This document shows positions 34,692 through 45,588 of a stretch of 64,000 bases of DNA, one piece after another. This stretch comes from Perkinsela sp. CCAP 1560/9. Lineage: Eukaryota > Protista > Euglenozoa: Kinetoplastea. Every line of letters starts with the position of its first letter. Within the stretch, counting starts at the first letter, position 1. Where the stretch lies: assembly GCA_965644495.1 (NCBI GenBank), contig CBFFSA010000002.1, positions 124,001-188,000 of the forward strand. The letters are read 5' to 3'. A program made the translations under genes and the position numbers. Below the pieces are notes generated by a model that was given only the letters and a program-made list of their open reading frames with translations, was not told the origin of the DNA and ran no database searches.

Positions 34692-35420
34692 TTACTCACC
34701 ATCCCAATGGACAGATAGCGGAAGCGGCACAGGAAGAACAGCCTCGAAGGCGTTATCCTCAAGACCAACAAAATTGAGACCAAGAGGAAGGTCATCAACG
34801 TATACAACTCCTGAAAATCTATTCGACGAGAGATCAATGTGTTCCATGCTATGAGGAAGAGACGAGAGATCAACTTCCCCAATAAAACCATTGTCATTTA
34901 AATTTAAAACCTCGAAGCACAGAGGAAGCTGCGTTAGTACTACTTCACGTGAGAGATCATTATGAGAGACGTCAAGTGAACGAAGAGACCACGGAAGTTG
35001 TGTTAAATCAAGTCTCCCGATGAAGGCGTTGCGGTGCAGCCGAAGATACTCCAGGTGGGATGGTAGCTCGCCCAGCTCAATTACCCCGTCAAATTGATTA
35101 CGATGTAATTGTAGCGAAAACAAAAATGTGGGAAGAGCGGTGAGGTCTATGGTAGAACTGAGACTATTGCAGTCAGCGTGACACATAGTGAGTTGCGGGG
35201 GAAGAGCAGTAAGATCGAAGGAGCCGCTCAGAGAAAGTCCAGCCCATCGAAGTTCTGCAACTTGATGTTGGCTGTTACATACGACACCCGACCAGAGACA
35301 CGGTTCCTCGTCTTTTCGGTCCATTCGTCCCGTATCCATTTTCTGCAATAATCGATGCATTTGATACTCTGTGGGAAGTCCCGCACCACGAACTTTGGCA
35401 GGACGACTTCCAATGTCCAT
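34692..35420 (-). CDS. Short LRR protein, family member 4
   Basis: RPAKVRGAGLPTEY motif, PCLWSGVVC cap, about 7 LRRs. Confidence 0.88.
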   Translation of the reverse strand: MDIGSRPAKVRGAGLPTEYQMHRLLQKMDTGRMDRKDEEPCLWSGVVCNSQHQVAELRWAGLSLSGSFDLTALPPQLTMCHADCNSLSSTIDLTALPTFLFSLQLHRNQFDGVIELGELPSHLEYLRLHRNAFIGRLDLTQLPWSLRSLDVSHNDLSREVVLTQLPLCFEVLNLNDNGFIGEVDLSSLPHSMEHIDLSSNRFSGVVYVDDLPLGLNFVGLEDNAFEAVLPVPLPLSVHWDGE

Positions 35421-35681
35421 AATTCGAAAGACAAAAAATGGAAAAGAAAAAGCGAACTTTGTTTAAGAAAAAATGATGAAAACGGATCTACGGATTAATA
35501 TGCGCGCATTCAGATGTGCAACATTTTACATTATACATTGTACTACGTTCAATGCTCCCCTAAACCTCCACCATGTATTCAAGATGCGCGAATTACTCTT
35601 ACACTTGATGTTGAAATCTTGCTGAAAAAAAAGGTATGTAAATTGCAATGAAAAATATTTTAACAAGCATTTCCAAAAATT

Positions 35682-36743
35682 TCATAGCCTTCCTTTTAAC
35701 CATAGAACAATAGGACAATGATCACTCCCACGTATATTTGGCAAGGTAAAACTGTCCACTAATCGTGTAAGAAGAGCACGGGAGAGGACGAAATAATCCA
35801 ATCGCCAACCTAAACCTCTGGCACGACCACCAATTCTAGCTGACCAGAAAGTATATGCTTTAGAGGCATTTGGATAAAGATGACGAAAGCTATCCACCAT
35901 GGAAGTCTCGGTCAGGAGTGCGCGAAATGAAGCCCGCTCTTCTGGTGTAAATCCAGCGCATTTCTGCATTTGAGCGTAGCTTCCTTGAAAGTAGCGGTCG
36001 TAGTCACGTTCGGCAACATTCAAATCTCCTGCCCAAATCACAGATTTCTTCCCGTTCTCCTCACTTTGAAGTTTTTGCAGGCATGTCTTCATGTCTCTAT
36101 CCCACTGAGAGACACGATAAGAAAGCCTCTTTAATTCCATGCCAGCATTGGGTACATAAGTATTCACCAAAAACAACGTGGCAAACTCAAGAACAATAAT
36201 ACGACCTTCCGCATCGTGAGGTTCAGCGCGGGATAAATCCGAGTGGTTGCCACCCACAATCTCCATCTTGCCCTTATCCGAGCATTGCTTTGACGGATGA
36301 AAACTCCAAATGCGGTGTGGCACGGAATCACGCACATAGATCCGTGTTCCAGAGTACCCTTTCTTTGCAGAGCTACAACTTTCATAGAAGACATATCCAC
36401 TAACTTTGGCTAACTTGGCGTTTTCCGCAGCATTAGGCTGTAATTTGGTTTCCTGGAGACACACAACGTCAGGGCGTTCTGTTTCGAAAAGTTGGTGAAA
36501 CTCCTTGTCCCAGTTTCTCATAACGGCACGGAGTCCGGCTACATTCCAGGAAAGAATCTTGACCATGGAATCTGAAGTAAAGTCTGAATCCTTGGATGCC
36601 CGCTGAAAGGGTATGGTCCCCTCTAAAATAGATTCTTCAGTTACCTTTGCTGCTACCAATGCTTTGCCTGATTTCATAACGGAACGTTTTTTGGGTTCTG
36701 GGCTCGTGGAATTCGAAAGTTTTTGTTTTCGCTCAGCCACCAT
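35682..36743 (-). CDS. APE1: AP endonuclease (ExoIII/APE1 family)
   Basis: SWNVAGLRA, CLQETK, GYSG, YVPN, GDLNVA, GWRLDYF, GSDHCP. Confidence 0.92.
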   Translation of the reverse strand: MVAERKQKLSNSTSPEPKKRSVMKSGKALVAAKVTEESILEGTIPFQRASKDSDFTSDSMVKILSWNVAGLRAVMRNWDKEFHQLFETERPDVVCLQETKLQPNAAENAKLAKVSGYVFYESCSSAKKGYSGTRIYVRDSVPHRIWSFHPSKQCSDKGKMEIVGGNHSDLSRAEPHDAEGRIIVLEFATLFLVNTYVPNAGMELKRLSYRVSQWDRDMKTCLQKLQSEENGKKSVIWAGDLNVAERDYDRYFQGSYAQMQKCAGFTPEERASFRALLTETSMVDSFRHLYPNASKAYTFWSARIGGRARGLGWRLDYFVLSRALLTRLVDSFTLPNIRGSDHCPIVLWLKGRL

Positions 36744-36959
36744 TGTTAGAAAGTCAAAAGAGAAAGAAAGAATAAATCGACGTTGTTCCTTTCTTCAAGT
36801 GTCTAACCCAAGTAACAAAGTCTTGTCATACATTAATCTTTGAAACTAGAAATGACAGAATCGTACATGTCCAATGTGATTGCTCACGTACTCTATTCTT
36901 GCTGTTTTTTCAATGTGGGTCCCCCAGCTTGTGGAAAGGTCGATATTTCGAAGCTCTCA

Positions 36960-39320
36960 CTACCTTTCAAAGTTTCGAAAAGAAGAGAAAAATTCCCTTA
37001 ACGTGGCGAATGCAGTTGAAAAAGAAAGTGCGCTCTGAGAAGTGTCACTACGCTTTTGCGTGATGTTTTCTTGTATCCAATGTGGCAATAAGGATTGAAG
37101 CTTCGGTTGTGACATCCTTTCGTCTAAAAATAGAATGGCAGCATAATCCCCACGGTGACGTATTGCTCGACCAATAGTTTGATTAACAGTCGTCATACAC
37201 AAGGCATCATAGTAGTTCGCTTCTGAAATTGAGGGATTCAGATTTTGAAGGTATTGCAAGCGTGCCTTTGATTCTGTGTCGAAAGGATTAGGATATGGAA
37301 GACCGATAATGACAACAAGTCTACAGTAGTCGTCCTCAAAATTGATGCCTTCTGAGAGTCGTCCTCCCATAACGGAACAAAGCAAAGCGCCATTTTCAGA
37401 ATTCGAAATGGTAGTGCGATACTGTTCTAACAATGTAGTAAGATTGGCGCCAGAGTGCTCACGGAAAATTTTCTTTTTCGCCTCAATGGCCAAACAAATT
37501 CCGTTGGACTCCCAAACTTTGTAAACAAAATCAAGATGTGAGAATGACGCAAAGAACAATACTATGCCTTTGGGCACAATTTGAACCAAATTTCGAACCG
37601 AACGCCCGGCCTCCAATGCCATCTCTGTGTCTTGACCAGACTGCTTCGCGGCATGTGTGAAGCGCATGCTAGTTTGGGTAGGTCCCGAAGTGACGCAAAT
37701 AGCGCACACGTGATTTCGAGGAATAACGTGCGGCAAGGAAACACGAATGGGAGATCGATTCCCTAAAGCAGACGCAGAAAAAAGCTCAGCATCTAGGATG
37801 GACTGTGGTGGAATTGTACCTCCGATAAGGATAACGCAGAGTGCCTCCTCAAGTAAAGAGGTAAAGGCACGCCGTCCAGATAAGGCAGTTAGTGCCAAAC
37901 AGTTAGCATCCGGAGTATGGAGTACAACCATGTCTCCGGTTTCTGAAGCTAAAAGAGAAAGAAATTGTGTCAAATCATCAAGAGGGGCACTTCGAGCAAG
38001 CTGTTGAACTAGAGTGGATTCCCTACAAAAATTCGCCAGAGCCAAAAAGTCGTGATTCACTAGTTTAATATCTTTTAAGAATGTCCCAACATTAAATGCC
38101 ACAGTATGCAAGTTTGTATTCTGCTGGAAGGTCCTAGAATTGGCACTATAAGATGCTGCATTAAAAAAGGAATAAAAACTGTCACATATGCGTTTAAGTT
38201 CAAATAATTTTTCCCTTGTTTTAGTAAGTTGCCCTTGCTTCTGAAGCGCATCAGAAAGGCAGCAGCGTATTTTTTCTACCTTTCCTAAACAAATTTCTTT
38301 TGAAAGCGCAGCATGACATGAAGATATTAAATTATGTGCTTCGTCTATGATTACTACGCTTCCAGTTAGATGCAAACCACATTCTTCTCTTGCATGAGCG
38401 TCCAGTAAAGTGTTGTAAGGCGTTAAAACAATTTGGGCCTGTGCCACGGCCCGACGCGTAGCGTAATAAGCGCACGTGTGTGTCGCAGATCCCAAATTCT
38501 CAATGTCTTCGAGTGTATGCGGCTTCGATATCACGGTTTCTGCAAGTTGATTCTCACGTTCTAGGTTGTGGTAGGGACATGCCATTCCCAAATCGTGACA
38601 AGCATTATTTAAGTCAGCGATGCTTTCGCCATGTGAAGAGCGAACATTTTTATTCAAACATAAATGTAGTCGTGATGCAAGCGGTACGGATGAGACTCGG
38701 AAAAGTTTCAAGTACGGTGATTTTCGAAGCTCAGTGATGAACTGACCAAGTTGTGAATGAGTACGACTAGTAAATATAAGTTTTGGGGTCAAATAACAGG
38801 TGGAAGTAATGTTGGACTCATCATCTGACGAGATTTCTGGTGTTTGACCAGAAAAATCATTTTCACACAATGCGCCATTCTTCAAAGAAACATTGTCTCG
38901 TTTAGAGAGTACCGAATAGGACTTAATAAGCCCACGCTTTCTTTTTCTAATTCCTTCTTTATTGCTTATAAAGTCACGAAGTTTTTCGAGTCCTCTTTGA
39001 GCGTCCCACTGGCGTACGAAGAATGGAATGTTTCCATCTTCATCTGTCGATCTTTTATCCTGAACTCCAGGAAGAGGCCATGGTAAGTTTCGTTTTCCGG
39101 TATATAGTTCGTGAAACCAATGTAGTACAGCGCTAATAACACATAGAGTTTTTCCGGTCCCAGTCGGTGACTCTAAGATACTTATACCCATGTTTTCCAG
39201 AGCGGATAGTATTGCGCTCACAAGCGTACGTTGTGTATCGTAAGGAGAATAAGGAAAAGCGACTTGATAGGATCCGCAGCTGTGCCGTTGAACGTCTGTT
39301 TGGACAAATGTTCCTTCCAT
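36960..39320 (-). CDS. DDX11: Fe-S DEAH DNA helicase DDX11/CHL1
   Basis: FPYSPYDTQ, ESPTGTGKT, SRTHSQLGQF, DEAHNL, GGT, SEGINF, NQTIGRAIRH. Confidence 0.85.
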   Translation of the reverse strand: MEGTFVQTDVQRHSCGSYQVAFPYSPYDTQRTLVSAILSALENMGISILESPTGTGKTLCVISAVLHWFHELYTGKRNLPWPLPGVQDKRSTDEDGNIPFFVRQWDAQRGLEKLRDFISNKEGIRKRKRGLIKSYSVLSKRDNVSLKNGALCENDFSGQTPEISSDDESNITSTCYLTPKLIFTSRTHSQLGQFITELRKSPYLKLFRVSSVPLASRLHLCLNKNVRSSHGESIADLNNACHDLGMACPYHNLERENQLAETVISKPHTLEDIENLGSATHTCAYYATRRAVAQAQIVLTPYNTLLDAHAREECGLHLTGSVVIIDEAHNLISSCHAALSKEICLGKVEKIRCCLSDALQKQGQLTKTREKLFELKRICDSFYSFFNAASYSANSRTFQQNTNLHTVAFNVGTFLKDIKLVNHDFLALANFCRESTLVQQLARSAPLDDLTQFLSLLASETGDMVVLHTPDANCLALTALSGRRAFTSLLEEALCVILIGGTIPPQSILDAELFSASALGNRSPIRVSLPHVIPRNHVCAICVTSGPTQTSMRFTHAAKQSGQDTEMALEAGRSVRNLVQIVPKGIVLFFASFSHLDFVYKVWESNGICLAIEAKKKIFREHSGANLTTLLEQYRTTISNSENGALLCSVMGGRLSEGINFEDDYCRLVVIIGLPYPNPFDTESKARLQYLQNLNPSISEANYYDALCMTTVNQTIGRAIRHRGDYAAILFLDERMSQPKLQSLLPHWIQENITQKRSDTSQSALSFSTAFATLREFFSSFRNFER

Positions 39321-39662
39321 AAGAAAAGCAGCCCCGAAAGAGATGTATCAAGCACTACCCAACATAAACATGTAGAATTACGAATATAACTTGTAGAAGC
39401 AATAGATTAAGCTATGCACTGTATATCAGGTATAAACTTCACAACTCCAACATAACGATGCCATACTGCAGACAACACTGTATGTTTCAAGATGTGATAC
39501 ACCACCATGTTGTAGGTACAAGAAGCGGAAACTGTTACGATAAAATACTCGACAGAGAGAACAATTCGAAAAAGAAGACTTAATTAAACTCGAAAATTAA
39601 GTAAAGAAAGAAAAATTATATTTTCAGGAGTGATAAAAAACATCAGCTCATTCCAGAAAGAG

Positions 39663-42509
39663 TCATCTTTTCCAAGTATAATAATTATCTTCGTGGAATT
39701 CGAGAGAACCATCAGCAGGCGACGTCTGTCCGCTATTCAGAGTGCTGTGCGACAGCGATGTGCACCCCGAGACATTTGTACAACATTCCATTTTGTCAAA
39801 TTTCGTGCGTGAAACGTCTGTGCTTCCAACAGTAAAAAGGTCGCGGAAATGTGTTTGTATATTTTTGATTTCATGAAGCTTCCTCGCGCTAGAATCGGTT
39901 AAGTCCTGAAGTCGAAGTTGTAATTTGGTTTGCTCATCGTCAAGCTTTTTCTGGTTTATTTTCGCTTTTTGAAGTTCTTCTTTAACCCGAGTGTCGGAAT
40001 TTACTACTTGTTCAAGGCGTCTCTGGAGATTCTTCCTTTTATCCACCAAATTCCTATGTTGAGATCTCAGAGTATGTAGTAGTTTAGTACCTTCCTTTCG
40101 CCGTAGCTGTCGAACGCGCAAAATTTCCAAATTATGAACAAGTTCTGAGCGCATCGTTTCCCATTCCATAGTGTGCTCAGCAACAATATCAGTCCGTAAA
40201 CGCTTTTCTTCCTCCTCAATGGCTAATGCTTCTTTCCGATAAAGATTTTGCGAACCCCTTTGTGAACCTTTATTATTTTTTGCTTTACTTACAACTTGAG
40301 CCATTCTTTGTTCAGTGTCTCTCTTAATCTTCTTGGGAGTCTCATCGACTGATTTTTTCAATAGAAAAGTTTCACTGCCTTCACATAAAAGAGATTTGTC
40401 TACTTCATTTTTAGCATATTCATCGGAACTAACATTTTTCGCGGCTGTGCTTTCATAAGTTAAATAACAATCCTGTCCCTTTTTTGCTTTCGCATCGCTT
40501 TTAATAGGAAGATCGGTGATCACGGATGAATTGCCAGAGGACCCCAAAATTTCTTTTGGAGGAGAAGGCATTGGATATTTGTCCAACAAAGACTTTATAA
40601 CACTGTTAAGCTGTTTAGGATTCAAATCGGATAGCCAGGAATTGCGTTTCGCTGTTGTATCGTCCGTTTGTGTTGCAATATTGCCCAGTAATCCTAGGTG
40701 GAGCTCGAATCGAAAAGAATCTGTTTCTGGGTCCCGAAAAGACTTATTAGAGTCAAACAATTCCGCGAATGTGATTACATTGCTGAAACCGTATACAGAA
40801 GGTTCGGATTCCTGTCCAGTAAAAAAAACTAAACCTTCTTTACGCGAAATTATAATGTTGCGATTATTCAGCAAATATAAACGTAGCACACAGCGTGCAC
40901 GAAGCGTCTGCCGGACAAATATGGAGAGTCTAGAATTTTCATGAGAAAATAGCATATTCCATTGCATACCCGCAAAATTAAATCGAGAGCTAAATAGTTG
41001 AAAAGAAGATTTCTGCAACAGACTTACACCATTTAATTTCCAAGACACCACGCCGTAGAAACTGTGTGTGCTGCATCCAAGTATGTGCAAACGGGGAGCA
41101 GATGCGGGCTTGATGTTATTTTGTAATGAAACTTGAGAAGCACCAGTTGGACAATTGTGACTTTCATTACTAAACTTTGAAACCCCGTTGTACGTTCCTT
41201 CTTTATCAGGGGTTTCTGCAACTGGACGTACAAAATTTGATTCTCGAGAGAATACGTAGTGGACAACGTTTTCTATATTGTTTGCCACAGAATCTGTTAA
41301 AGAATCAAAAAGCTTTTTTTCTAACTCACTGATCACCAGCCCTAACAAATTGCTTGGCAAAGAGCGCAGAAATTCAAATAGTCCAAGAGCCAACAAATGC
41401 TCAGCAATATGCTGAATGTTACTTGTGGGAGGAAGGTCGCAAGCTACAAGCATCTTTGATAGATTAGCTAATGATACGGAATTTAGTGTTTGGGTTAAAT
41501 TCTGACATAATTGCTTCACCAAACCAAACTTTTTCACCTGAAACACATTATGAAGCAAATCAAACTCATCCATTTTAGTCGCAAAGCACACGGAGCCGTG
41601 TAGGACCATGCGCTCTAGTAAGAAAAGAATTAGTTCTTTCTGATTTGGTCGAGATAACGCGCCTTCCTCACTTAAAGTTAAAGAAGACCCATCCAACCGT
41701 TGGGTATCATTGCTTGTAGAAGTGCCCTTACCACGAGCTGACATCTGTGGAAAGTTAGGTGTACCATTCACTGGAGATAACAAAATACTTGTAAGCGTTG
41801 ATGAGGAAAGGCCCGATAATTTATCCGTAACGTTCGACAAAATTGTTTCCGGAGTAGAATTGAGATTAACGAGTTTGGTACTAATTTTTTTGGTGCGCAA
41901 TCGTCTTGGTATTGGAGAGGGTTTTGAAAAGGGCCCCAAAAAGCCCAAATTTTCGGCGTCTGAGATTTCACTTGAATCAGTTTCATCGCTAGCCGGAGAA
42001 TCCTCTTCATCAAAAGAACAACTGCAATTGCCACTCGTAACTTCATGACTCTTGTATGCTCCGGAGAATGATTGCAAGTAGTTGAACCACGTCCTCGGTG
42101 CTCCAGAACATGGAGGCGAACATTGTGTATCGTGATTAGTGGATGACCCAGGACATGAACTGGAGCAAGCCTTCATCCAAGGAAAAGGCGTATCTGACAC
42201 TTTGTCGTGCACTTTTTCATGGGATTCAGTGCCTGAAACCACCGAAGAAAGTTTTGAATGAAAGCTCAGAGAACTTTGCGAGTTACAAGAATCCAGGTGA
42301 TGTGAAAAACGTTCAAAGCATTTGCAACCTTTCGATACTAAGGAAGAATTATGCCTGATGTCGACATCTTGGTTTTCCGGAGCAGAAGCTTCGTGCCTTG
42401 ATGCAATAGGCTCAACAGGAAACTCTTCTGTATTCTTAGAATGCCTTCTCACCTTACTATCTACCCCTCCTTGCGTAACCATTTGTTTTTTGCGCAGTGA
42501 TTTCGGCAT
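39663..42509 (-). CDS. MATH-domain and coiled-coil protein
   Basis: FSSRFNFAGMQWNM..LSIFV..YGFSNVITFAELFD is MATH-like; C-terminal heptads. Confidence 0.65.
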   Translation of the reverse strand: MPKSLRKKQMVTQGGVDSKVRRHSKNTEEFPVEPIASRHEASAPENQDVDIRHNSSLVSKGCKCFERFSHHLDSCNSQSSLSFHSKLSSVVSGTESHEKVHDKVSDTPFPWMKACSSSCPGSSTNHDTQCSPPCSGAPRTWFNYLQSFSGAYKSHEVTSGNCSCSFDEEDSPASDETDSSEISDAENLGFLGPFSKPSPIPRRLRTKKISTKLVNLNSTPETILSNVTDKLSGLSSSTLTSILLSPVNGTPNFPQMSARGKGTSTSNDTQRLDGSSLTLSEEGALSRPNQKELILFLLERMVLHGSVCFATKMDEFDLLHNVFQVKKFGLVKQLCQNLTQTLNSVSLANLSKMLVACDLPPTSNIQHIAEHLLALGLFEFLRSLPSNLLGLVISELEKKLFDSLTDSVANNIENVVHYVFSRESNFVRPVAETPDKEGTYNGVSKFSNESHNCPTGASQVSLQNNIKPASAPRLHILGCSTHSFYGVVSWKLNGVSLLQKSSFQLFSSRFNFAGMQWNMLFSHENSRLSIFVRQTLRARCVLRLYLLNNRNIIISRKEGLVFFTGQESEPSVYGFSNVITFAELFDSNKSFRDPETDSFRFELHLGLLGNIATQTDDTTAKRNSWLSDLNPKQLNSVIKSLLDKYPMPSPPKEILGSSGNSSVITDLPIKSDAKAKKGQDCYLTYESTAAKNVSSDEYAKNEVDKSLLCEGSETFLLKKSVDETPKKIKRDTEQRMAQVVSKAKNNKGSQRGSQNLYRKEALAIEEEEKRLRTDIVAEHTMEWETMRSELVHNLEILRVRQLRRKEGTKLLHTLRSQHRNLVDKRKNLQRRLEQVVNSDTRVKEELQKAKINQKKLDDEQTKLQLRLQDLTDSSARKLHEIKNIQTHFRDLFTVGSTDVSRTKFDKMECCTNVSGCTSLSHSTLNSGQTSPADGSLEFHEDNYYTWKR

Positions 42510-42664
42510 TTTACGTTTTAGATTAAATTCGATTTCCTATGAACGAAATTACGAACGATTTATATTAAAATATATGGAAGGAATAATAACGATTTCTTAT
42601 GAACAAATTGCTTTATTACCAAAAAGGCATTTATACTCCCTGTGTACTAACAAATTGCCTTTCC

Positions 42665-42732
42665 GAAACCGCGCGAAACCGCGGTTTACAATCCCCCCCA
42701 ACCCCCCGAGGTCTGGTCCTATAGTAATGTAC
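42665..42732 (+). repeat. Dispersed GAAACCGCGCGAAACCGCG repeat; copies at 45348-45409 and ~45693-45744
   Basis: GAAACCGCGCGAAACCGCGGT.TACAATC..GAGG.CTGG.CC.ATAGTAATGTAC shared; related GGTTTC units at ~51040-51150. Confidence 0.75.
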
Positions 42733-43277
42733 GGAAGAAATATTAGAGTTTTTTATGTTTTGAAGTCGCATATGGTACGAATGACAGTGTATCAATGCAG
42801 GCGTAGTGAGTTGCGAATCAATTTTTTCATACTACTGGATTCAAATTAACCCGTCCGTCGGATTGCCGTTTAAATTCGTATTTAAACGGTAATGTGCAAT
42901 TTTAACGGTAATGTGCCAAATTTGTTTTTTGGTCATCCCAAAAATTTCTGAAATTTTGACCTTGTCGGACCCCTCCCGCGCGTACCAGGGGGGGGGTGGA
43001 ACGTCATCGCTGCGGCCTACTCTACCACTTCCCTGCGCTCGATTTCGAAAATCAGGATTTTGAAGCTTTCAAAAAACGACATATGCCCCCCCTGGACCCC
43101 CCCCCCCCCCATTTTTTTCATTTTTTTAATTTTGGACCACCGGAGCCCCCCTTTATATTTTTTTCCTGCATTATATTACTGTGTTCCTCTTAATATTTTC
43201 ACTGCTTTTGTTTACTTTTTTTTCAATAATCGAGGGTAGAGCGGTAGTTATACAACCGCCGCAATAATTCTGCCACT

Positions 43278-43772
43278 ATGCCTGCTCTCACAATTTCCGA
43301 AGAGGAGCTCAGCGCAAAAATGGAAGAAATCCTAGATCGCGTGCAGCGAACTGTGGATTATTTTCTACACGGAGGGAGCGCGGTGTGCGGAGTCGAAGTC
43401 ACTGCAAGGCTCCTAGAACTGCTTCACATCATTGATCGCCGCGGACATCTTTTGCAGGATGTTCGTTCGCGTGCAATCTACTTTGTGGAGGAAGCGGGGC
43501 AAGATTTTGGAACGTTCCTTGAACAGAACCCGTTGTTTGCTCCGCGAAGTTCAAGCAAAGGAGGAGACTTTGTGAAAAGTCTTTGGCGATCTGTATCCAG
43601 AAAAAATTTGCGTGCTTGCGCAAACTGGCGTCGCCAGCGGAAGAGAACTGACATCCGGTCACCTGAAGATCATTCTTACAGCCAGAAACGTTCGCAGACG
43701 ACATCGCACTCGTACTACCAGATAAAAAACATACAAACCTCCGAGCGAGTAGTTTCTTTTCCAAGACCTTAA
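43278..43772 (+). CDS. Hypothetical protein, putative accessory ORF of the adjacent transposase
   Basis: ATG-initiated 164-aa ORF, antisense to host genes, immediately upstream of and co-oriented with the transposase. Confidence 0.45.
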   Translation: MPALTISEEELSAKMEEILDRVQRTVDYFLHGGSAVCGVEVTARLLELLHIIDRRGHLLQDVRSRAIYFVEEAGQDFGTFLEQNPLFAPRSSSKGGDFVKSLWRSVSRKNLRACANWRRQRKRTDIRSPEDHSYSQKRSQTTSHSYYQIKNIQTSERVVSFPRP

Positions 43773-44027
43773 GTAAGAAGTAAGTAAAAAAGTCGCAAAT
43801 TCAAGGTTAAGTTGATTTGTCAAAGTAAGGCGCTGAAAGCATGCGAAGATCGTATTGAAAGTGTGATGCAAAAGGCATTTTATACATGCCATTGTAAACT
43901 TATTTGAACAGGTACTTCTCTTGACTAACCACGATTTTTGAACTAAATACTCCTTTGACCACAATCAGAACCTTGCACAAAACGTTTATATGGTTATTCG
44001 TTTTATTCATTCAACTTTCATTCAAGC

Positions 44028-45059
44028 ATGTATGGTATTACTCGCGAACAACTGTTCGACGAGCTGAAAAGCGTACATGGAACGAGTATGACACCTGCAG
44101 ACTTCCGCCGATTACAGTCTTCGTTGTGTATGTGTGCACTTAATTGTTCTTGGGAGCAGTTGCACGACCTACATGCTGTGTGGACATCTCCCGAGGTCCC
44201 TTCTGTGTCTATCCGTACCCTCCGCGAAGATTTTCACCGAGTCGCTGAGCTTTGTCGCTCCCCCTTTCTTGCGAATCCTGCCTTGAGGTTTCAGCAAGGT
44301 ATCCCGTGGCTGAGCGACGTAAACTGCATGATTACGATAATTCCATGTTGTGCACGAAAGCCACACAATAAATGGTACAATAAATGGTTTACTAGCAAAG
44401 ATTTTACTTATTCAGGAAAACGCCGAAAACATTGTTTCAAAGTAGAATTCTGGTTAACTCTGGCACGCGCTCCATTTTTCTTTCGTGGCCCGGTAGTGGG
44501 AAGTCTTCATGATGCAAGCATTTCTAAAAACACTGGTGATCACAAAACATTTCTTTTTGATCATCATAAAAATGAAATGTTTCTTGCGGACTTAGGCTAC
44601 ATTGGTTGCGACCATTGCTTAGTTCCGTATAAGTCCTCAAGAAAGAAAAAGGTTAGCAATGCTGAGCACAAAGTCAATCAGAGAGTTTCCTTGATCCGCT
44701 CGCGTATAGAACGCTCTTTTTCACATTTTGACAAATATCGCTTTTTCTGGGGTACGGATCACGATCTTTCGTGGTTGAAAGATGCGCTCCAAATTGTGTT
44801 GGTGGTTGTTTATGGTTTGTTAGCGGATGAACCGCAGTATGATCTTGACACCACGATAAACTCGGCTCTTCGCACGATTGATTGTGCCAAGGAGTGTTGG
44901 TGTAGTAAAGGGTGTGGAGTAGTAGAGAACGTTTCATCGAGAAGGGATCATCTCAAAGATAACATTGAATATGTTCCGTACAACCCCAAGGAGTCAAAAA
45001 ATAGAAAGAAAGCATATTCCTTCCTTTTTTTAATCAGGATTTTAAACAGGACATCCTGA
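44028..45059 (+). CDS. IS5/ISL2/PIF-Harbinger-type DDE transposase (DDE_Tnp_4); first Asp apparently lost
   Basis: YSGKRRKHCFK, GSLHD, LADLGY, PYK, N...S..RSRIERSF. Confidence 0.8.
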   Translation: MYGITREQLFDELKSVHGTSMTPADFRRLQSSLCMCALNCSWEQLHDLHAVWTSPEVPSVSIRTLREDFHRVAELCRSPFLANPALRFQQGIPWLSDVNCMITIIPCCARKPHNKWYNKWFTSKDFTYSGKRRKHCFKVEFWLTLARAPFFFRGPVVGSLHDASISKNTGDHKTFLFDHHKNEMFLADLGYIGCDHCLVPYKSSRKKKVSNAEHKVNQRVSLIRSRIERSFSHFDKYRFFWGTDHDLSWLKDALQIVLVVVYGLLADEPQYDLDTTINSALRTIDCAKECWCSKGCGVVENVSSRRDHLKDNIEYVPYNPKESKNRKKAYSFLFLIRILNRTS

Positions 45060-45408
45060 TATCAAAACCCCCGTAAGGGATTTTCATCCCTAAGTGTGAC
45101 AGGGGCAAATAGATAAACAGGTTTTTATTGTAGAAATATTTTTTTGAAAAACTACTACTTACTAGCATTAAACTAATACTTACTAACACTAAAAACTACT
45201 GACATAATACTTATGCTTTAACAAACCACTACTTACTAACATTTCCGACCCGTCATGCCAGTATTTGAAGAAAAGGATCAGCGTGCGCTCCCGGCTTGCT
45301 ACATGTATCATCCGACCTTTATCGAGAAAATTCCTTCGAGTCTCCCTGAAACCGCGCGAAACCGCGGTATACAATCGGCCCCCTGAGGCCTGGCCCGATA
45401 GTAATGTA

Positions 45409-45588
45409 CAGCCCCCCTTCCCCTTAAGCGCACCCGGTCAGACCCCCCCCGTTTAAGCGCACATAGAGTTGAAGGAAAGAGCCCGGCGCCGCGAATCGGC
45501 GCAATTTTTTTTTACGTAGTGATTCAGACTCCCCGTTTAAGCGCACTTTTCGCGGAAAACGAGGTGCGCTCAAACGGGGGGGGGACAG
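45409..45588. mobile_element. TA-flanked MITE (180 bp) related to 1652-2382
   Basis: TA|CAGCCCCCCTTCCCCTTAAGCGCACC ... GGTGCGCTCAAACGGGGGGGGGACAG|TA. Confidence 0.7.

Noticed and set aside
42847-42862. TTAACCC as a piggyBac-type left end of the Harbinger-like unit
   Set aside because: No matching inverted end found downstream, and the transposase is not piggyBac-like.
43688-43720. FADDIAL reverse-transcriptase-like motif in an alternative frame
   Set aside because: The frame is closed by a stop at 43664 and no other RT motifs surround it.
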